Below are positions 62,001-64,000 of a stretch of DNA of 64,000 nucleotides, one piece after another (position 1 is the stretch's first letter; each line of letters begins with the position of its first letter). Source of the DNA: Tubiluchus corallicola (Eukaryota; Animalia; Priapulida); assembly GCA_030141605.1 (NCBI GenBank), contig JAQGDQ010000777.1, forward strand, positions 32,763-96,762, written 5' to 3'. The notes below the pieces were generated by a model, which saw only the letters and a program-made list of their open reading frames with translations, ran no database searches and had not been told where the DNA came from. The position numbers were made by a program, and so were the translations under genes.

Positions 62001-63337
62001 ACAGTAAATTATGCACTAATTATGTATTTACAAAAAGCCAAATAGGTAATGAATAAGCAGACCAGTAAAGAAATTGATACAGTAAATTATGCACTAATTA
62101 TGTATTTACAAAAAGCCAAATAGGTAATGAATAAGCAGACTAGTAGAAAAGAAATTGATACAGTAAATTATGCACTAATTATGTATTTACAGAAAGCCAA
62201 ATAGGTAATGAATAAGCAGATCTGTAGAAAAGAAATTGATACAGTAAATTATGCACTAATTATATATTTACAAAAGCCAAATAGGTAATGAATAAGCAGA
62301 CCTGTAGAAAAGTAATTGATACAGTAAATTATGCACTAATTATGTATTTACAAAAGCCAAGTAGGTAATGAATAAGCAGATCAGTAGAAAAGAAATTGAT
62401 ACAGTAAATTATGCACTAATTATATATTTACAAAAGCCAAGTAGGTAATGAATAAGCAGACTAGTAGAAAAGAAATTGATACAGTAAATTATGCACTAAT
62501 TATGTATTTACAAAAAACCAAATAGGTAATGAATAAGCAGACCAGTAAAGAAATTGATACAGTAAATTATGCACTAATTATGTATTTACGAAAAACCAAA
62601 TAGGTAATGAATAAGCAGACCAGTAAAGAAATTGATACAGTAAATTATGTGCTAATTATGTATTTACAAAAAGCCAAATAGGTAGTGATTAAGCAGACCT
62701 GCAGAAAAGAAATTGATACAGTAAATTATGCACTAATTATGTATTTACAAAAAGCCAAATACGATTAAGCAGATATCCCAGTGTGCACCACTGACTCATC
62801 AAAAAGTATTTTTAATCTTATTTACAAAATACTTTTGCTTGGTTTATAAAATGTATGCTTCGGTCATTTTCTCAAACTTTACCCATTGATATCTTAACTT
62901 GTTTCGAACGACTTACCATTAAAATGGCCACGCTTAACAATTAACGCCGGAGTTTAAATTCACAAATTTCGTACGCGTTACTGCCAACGCAAGCCCTGTA
63001 TGCAATGCAACAGTGTGCGAATGCTGTATTATTCATTTATGAAGTCTCAACTTTTTGCATGTTGCTTTCATTTTAGCGAGTCTTGCCAATCTTGCTCTTT
63101 TTGCCCGAATTTCAGCGTCAAGTTTGCCGCTCTTGGCCCCCTGATCGGTCAGATCGTGTTGATTCTCCTGCCGCTGCTCGGCGCGCAACCGAGAGAGGTG
63201 GCGGACATATTCAACTTTCTCGTCGTGGAGAACGAGAGGGAGTTGTCGGAGCATTTCCACGACCTGGATTTCATTCCGGATGTGCCGGAACTCAGCGGCG
63301 TCCAAGCTGTCTTGAAGGGTCACAAGGAAAACTTCTG
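29709..63337 (+). CDS. ATR: Serine/threonine-protein kinase ATR (PIKK family), N-terminal ~1,240 aa (HEAT repeats to UME domain), 22 exons; continues beyond the right edge
   Basis: Phase-consistent exon chain totalling 3,731 nt. Recognisable ATR segments include WLFGAVLRIA, KRRRLS, LMWIVSIPW, MAEFLQPRLLGFLAFF, LMGPKHITPIRMKVMATLR and IFNFLVVENE...LDFIPDVPEL. Confidence 0.95.
29990..30410. repeat. Tandem repeat, ~109-bp unit, ~4 copies
   Basis: caagaaaaagaactagcgacacttg recurs at ~29990, 30098, 30207, 30316. Confidence 0.9.
30785..30873 (+). CDS. ATR: ATR exon 2
   Basis: ctgcag|VREDKELEEIRQFRSTILETVQRVQAVKA|gtaagc. Confidence 0.8.
31871..31999 (+). CDS. ATR: ATR exon 3 (GC donor)
   Basis: tttcag|DVEDAGDLTMKLLHCVHKFMIDNPKIFVES...QSR|gcaagt. 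Confidence 0.8.
32520..32980 (+). mobile_element. LINE (CR1-group) 3' fragment
   Basis: WNNLP...HTRMRVGFCQLNYDLY...SPSCQCGSAYETVGHYLISCPL, a C-terminal CCHC region; partially duplicated at ~32250-32420. Confidence 0.65.
33431..33601 (+). CDS. ATR: ATR exon 4
   Basis: ttctag|DYTVWLFGAVLRIASEE...AELIGVIS|gtatgt. Confidence 0.88.
34035..34569 (-). mobile_element. Same Tc1/pogo-like MITE carrying a ~245-bp foreign insert
   Basis: Matches the 45821 copy on both sides of 34217-34461. Confidence 0.82.
34217..34309 (-). pseudogene. Orphan, 3'-truncated calcium-binding EGF-like exon
   Basis: ctgccag|DINECDTNTDSCHADATCTNTVSSFICACN; cbEGF consensus D.NEC...C...A.C.NT..SF.C.C with a phase-1 acceptor. 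Confidence 0.8.
34765..35039 (+). CDS. ATR: ATR exon 5
   Basis: tgaaag|DLSNMSVGYPQLLCRF...SLPLKM|gtaggt. Confidence 0.82.
35929..36784. repeat. Minisatellite of 162/133-bp units overlapping the ATR exon 6 acceptor
   Basis: Units start at 35929, 36091, 36224, 36357, 36490, 36623. Confidence 0.93.
36727..36875 (+). CDS. ATR: ATR exon 6
   Basis: ttctag|ATIDCLTSLLQSNHRW...ELQEKQE|gtaagt; phase 0 to 2 is required to bridge exons 5 and 7. Confidence 0.8.
37830..38109 (+). CDS. ATR: ATR exon 7
   Basis: ttatag|MATDLQRKLGRLLVALC...GLHQHCE|gtattt. Confidence 0.78.
39005..39305. repeat. Dinucleotide/tetranucleotide microsatellite cluster (TA, TG, CA, TACG)
   Basis: Seen directly. Confidence 0.9.
39497..39690 (+). 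CDS. ATR: ATR exon 8 (contains NLS-like KRRRLS)
   Basis: ttttag|LQEVLIHCLVNE...PEKRRRLSVTK...AAE|gtaaga; alternative in-frame acceptor 6 nt downstream. Confidence 0.85.
40065..40385. repeat. Tandem repeat, ~81-bp unit, ~4 copies
   Basis: tcacagttcaacacaatttcatattctttg recurs. Confidence 0.85.
41211..41316 (+). CDS. ATR: ATR exon 9
   Basis: tttcag|ESTTDGGAVSKNEVGETLKLVRKQVDIIIERIRLQ|gtatgt. Confidence 0.8.
41360..41835. mobile_element. Tc1/pogo (Tigger-like) MITE
   Basis: TA|CAGTCATACCTCGGTTTTCGAACG ... CGTTGAAAACAGAGTTATGACTG|TA. Confidence 0.82.
42880..43260. repeat. Compound trinucleotide microsatellite (TAG/CAG/GAT/TAA)
   Basis: Seen directly. Confidence 0.95.
43335..43578 (+). CDS. 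ATR: ATR exon 10
   Basis: tttcag|DGNLEILTCGLAVLAES...VAVLLYVS|gtatgc. Confidence 0.82.
43611..44165 (+). mobile_element. Second TTAA-flanked (Kolobok-like) family (copies at 5894-6290, 49360-49590, 49630-50115)
   Basis: Shared tagactcaatc...gtcggccacgcgaatgtgacaaaaaggcgcc core; ends near ttaa-aggaaa / ttcc-ttaa. Confidence 0.65.
44697..44861 (+). CDS. ATR: ATR exon 11
   Basis: atctag|ASDGMQLE...LMWIVSIPWI...VAQML|gtacgt; alternative acceptor at 44702. Confidence 0.87.
45821..46278 (+). mobile_element. Tc1/mariner-pogo-like MITE (family also at 4657-5025, 34035-34569, 48100-48543)
   Basis: TIR CAGTCAACCTC...GAGGTTGACTG followed by TA. Confidence 0.85.
46391..46485 (+). CDS. ATR: ATR exon 12
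   Basis: tttcag|DEAAQCRCIDLLGMFPKGVAPGWKIHVIRLAL|gtaaaa. Confidence 0.88.
46731..47040 (+). mobile_element. Second copy of the tRNA SINE (head degenerate)
   Basis: Body near-identical to the reverse complement of 6820-6985; ends in (tta)n. Confidence 0.8.
47133..47338 (+). CDS. ATR: ATR exon 13
   Basis: tttcag|TLEDSALLYSSALRAF...LSCILAGQTVVK|gtaagg. Confidence 0.88.
49148..49329 (+). CDS. ATR: ATR exon 14
   Basis: ctctag|AVNFKPG...ECSYC...PFFSLLTNFDPEVKL|gtgagt. Confidence 0.88.
50460..51100. repeat. Minisatellite, ~21-22-bp unit gtgaaactggtgtttgttgc
   Basis: Seen directly, about 30 diverged copies. Confidence 0.92.
51324..51450 (+). CDS. ATR: ATR exon 15
   Basis: tcacag|EIVSALKSLFTHVRL...LLDDANEQIQEMF|gttccg. 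Confidence 0.85.
51491..52123. mobile_element. Tc1/pogo (Tigger-like) MITE
   Basis: TA|CAGTGTTCCCTC ... GAGGGAACACTG|TA. Confidence 0.85.
52975..53142 (+). CDS. ATR: ATR exon 16
   Basis: tttcag|KVVPYLL...KLKSAYVTGRASRNTRLQENVLLSYGQLG|gtgggt. Confidence 0.9.
53180..53660. mobile_element. hAT-type MITE, same family
   Basis: Both TIRs present; TSD not recognisable. Confidence 0.85.
54025..54460. repeat. Tandem repeat, ~61-bp unit, ~7 copies
   Basis: cttaggaaccaccctgtac recurs. Confidence 0.9.
54544..54715 (+). CDS. ATR: ATR exon 17
   Basis: aaacag|IADTEVLRVVTVSLL...LFNKFRVDICL|gtaggt. Confidence 0.88.
55071..55280 (+). CDS. ATR: ATR exon 18
   Basis: ttgcag|FLGNFLY...FEFADVQSFL...LLPVLVSKASP...KQLDM|gtaaca. 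Confidence 0.92.
55278..55405. repeat. 18-bp tandem repeat derived from the ATR exon 18 donor
   Basis: atggtaacaaatagtttc about x6 with 10-bp sub-repeats; followed by a (GA)n tract to ~55545. Confidence 0.9.
55615..55812 (+). CDS. ATR: ATR exon 19
   Basis: ttacag|AKKQMLAVNFAYIFSYLV...ETELDLGKL...LSTHYKQ|gtatgc. Confidence 0.93.
55786..57620. repeat. 32-bp minisatellite derived from the ATR exon 19 3' end plus donor, ~57 copies
   Basis: Unit ctctacctgtctacacattataagcaggtatg. Confidence 0.96.
58206..58370 (+). CDS. ATR: ATR exon 20 (GC donor)
   Basis: gtctag|VFNGLVML...MAEFLQPRLLGFLAFFD...DEKKL|gcaagt. Confidence 0.93.
58472..58998. mobile_element. hAT-type MITE, full copy
   Basis: Same TIRs; perfect 8-bp TSD catccatc. 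Confidence 0.9.
59761..59918 (+). CDS. ATR: ATR exon 21 (UME domain)
   Basis: ttctag|ALDSLEAWMRLMGPKHITPIRMKVMATLR...CKAWCTFVH|gtaagt. Confidence 0.95.
59953..60249 (-). mobile_element. Second, truncated copy of the SINE3/RTE-like body
   Basis: Aligns to ~11500-11813; the ORF-track peptides at the two loci are near-identical. Confidence 0.85.
60256..62760. repeat. Homogeneous 80-81-bp satellite, ~31 copies, in ATR intron 21
   Basis: Unit acaaaaagccaaataggtaatgaataagcagaccagtagaaaagaaattgatacagtaaattatgcactaattatgtattt. Confidence 0.97.
63116..63337 (+). CDS. ATR: ATR exon 22 (UME domain)
   Basis: tttcag|VKFAALGPLIGQIVLILLPLL...IFNFLVVENE...DFIPDVPEL...KENF|gtaggc. Confidence 0.94.
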
Positions 63338-63509
63338 GTAGGCGGATTAATGCATTAAGTTGTCAACATTGTTTAGTTTTAGCTGATACAGTGATCTATG
63401 TGCTATTGGTACATAATAAACATACCGAAAATCATTAAATCAAAACCGGACTCAATTTTAAACTGCAGGTCAAAACAATCTACCATTTAAAATATTGAAC
63501 GAAAACATA

Positions 63510-63625
63510 CATCATCATCATCATCATCACCATCATCGTCGTCGTCGTCATCATCATCATCATCATCATCAGTCACCACCACCACTATCATCATCATCAT
63601 CTTCATCATAACATCATCATTATCG

Positions 63626-63657
<32 letters not shown>

Positions 63658-63686
63658 GTTTTTATAAATGCCATGTTATTGTCATT

Positions 63687-63718
<32 letters not shown>

Positions 63719-64000
63719 TGTTTTTATAAATGTCACGTTATTGTCATTATCGTCATCGTCGTCGTCGTCGCGTTAGTAAAGTAGTAGCACGTTACACTGA
63801 CATAGTACTAATTTTTCCACAGACATTTAGTTTAAAGTTCATAGCTTAACATTACAATCTTTGTCAATGCAGAAAGTACATTTAGGTAAAATTATTTAAA
63901 GCAAAATTGACTCAATTTTAAACTGCAGGTCAAAACAATCAACTATTTAAAATATTGAACGAAAACATACATCATCATCACCATCGTCGTCGTCGTCGTC
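63510..64000. repeat. (CAT)n/(CGT)n microsatellite region with a local duplication
   Basis: Seen directly; 63449-63520 recurs at ~63909-63980. Confidence 0.88.

Noticed and set aside
50460-62760. CRISPR-like arrays
   Set aside because: The repeats are head-to-tail with no unique spacers, there are no cas genes, and the context is eukaryotic introns.

Overview
This is eukaryotic, intron-rich invertebrate DNA. The 5S-like sequence and the MESC/Meta-type SINE suggest a lophotrochozoan (inference). Two genes lie head-to-head. The 5' half of USP19 is on the minus strand (8 exons traced with consistent phases, two CS domains and the USP Cys-box; it runs off the left edge). The 5' half of ATR is on the plus strand (22 exons traced with consistent phases, about 1,240 aa up to the UME domain; it runs off the right edge). 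Between them, next to a 224-N gap, sits a 13.5-kb BEL/Pao LTR retrotransposon with two premature stops. A younger Gypsy-like element is nested in the BEL Gag zinc knuckle. It has identical 206-bp LTRs with non-canonical CGCCA...TGGCG ends, a 3-bp TSD and an LADD RT motif, consistent with the Troyka group. The introns hold hAT, Tc1/pogo-like and Kolobok-like MITEs, a tRNA SINE, a 5S-headed bipartite-RTE SINE, LINE remnants and many minisatellites. The most striking patterns are four separate tandem repeats that copy real exon/intron junctions (decoy splice sites), two GC-AG introns in ATR, and a MITE carrying a captured calcium-binding EGF exon. All calls come from reading the sequence by eye; no searches were run.
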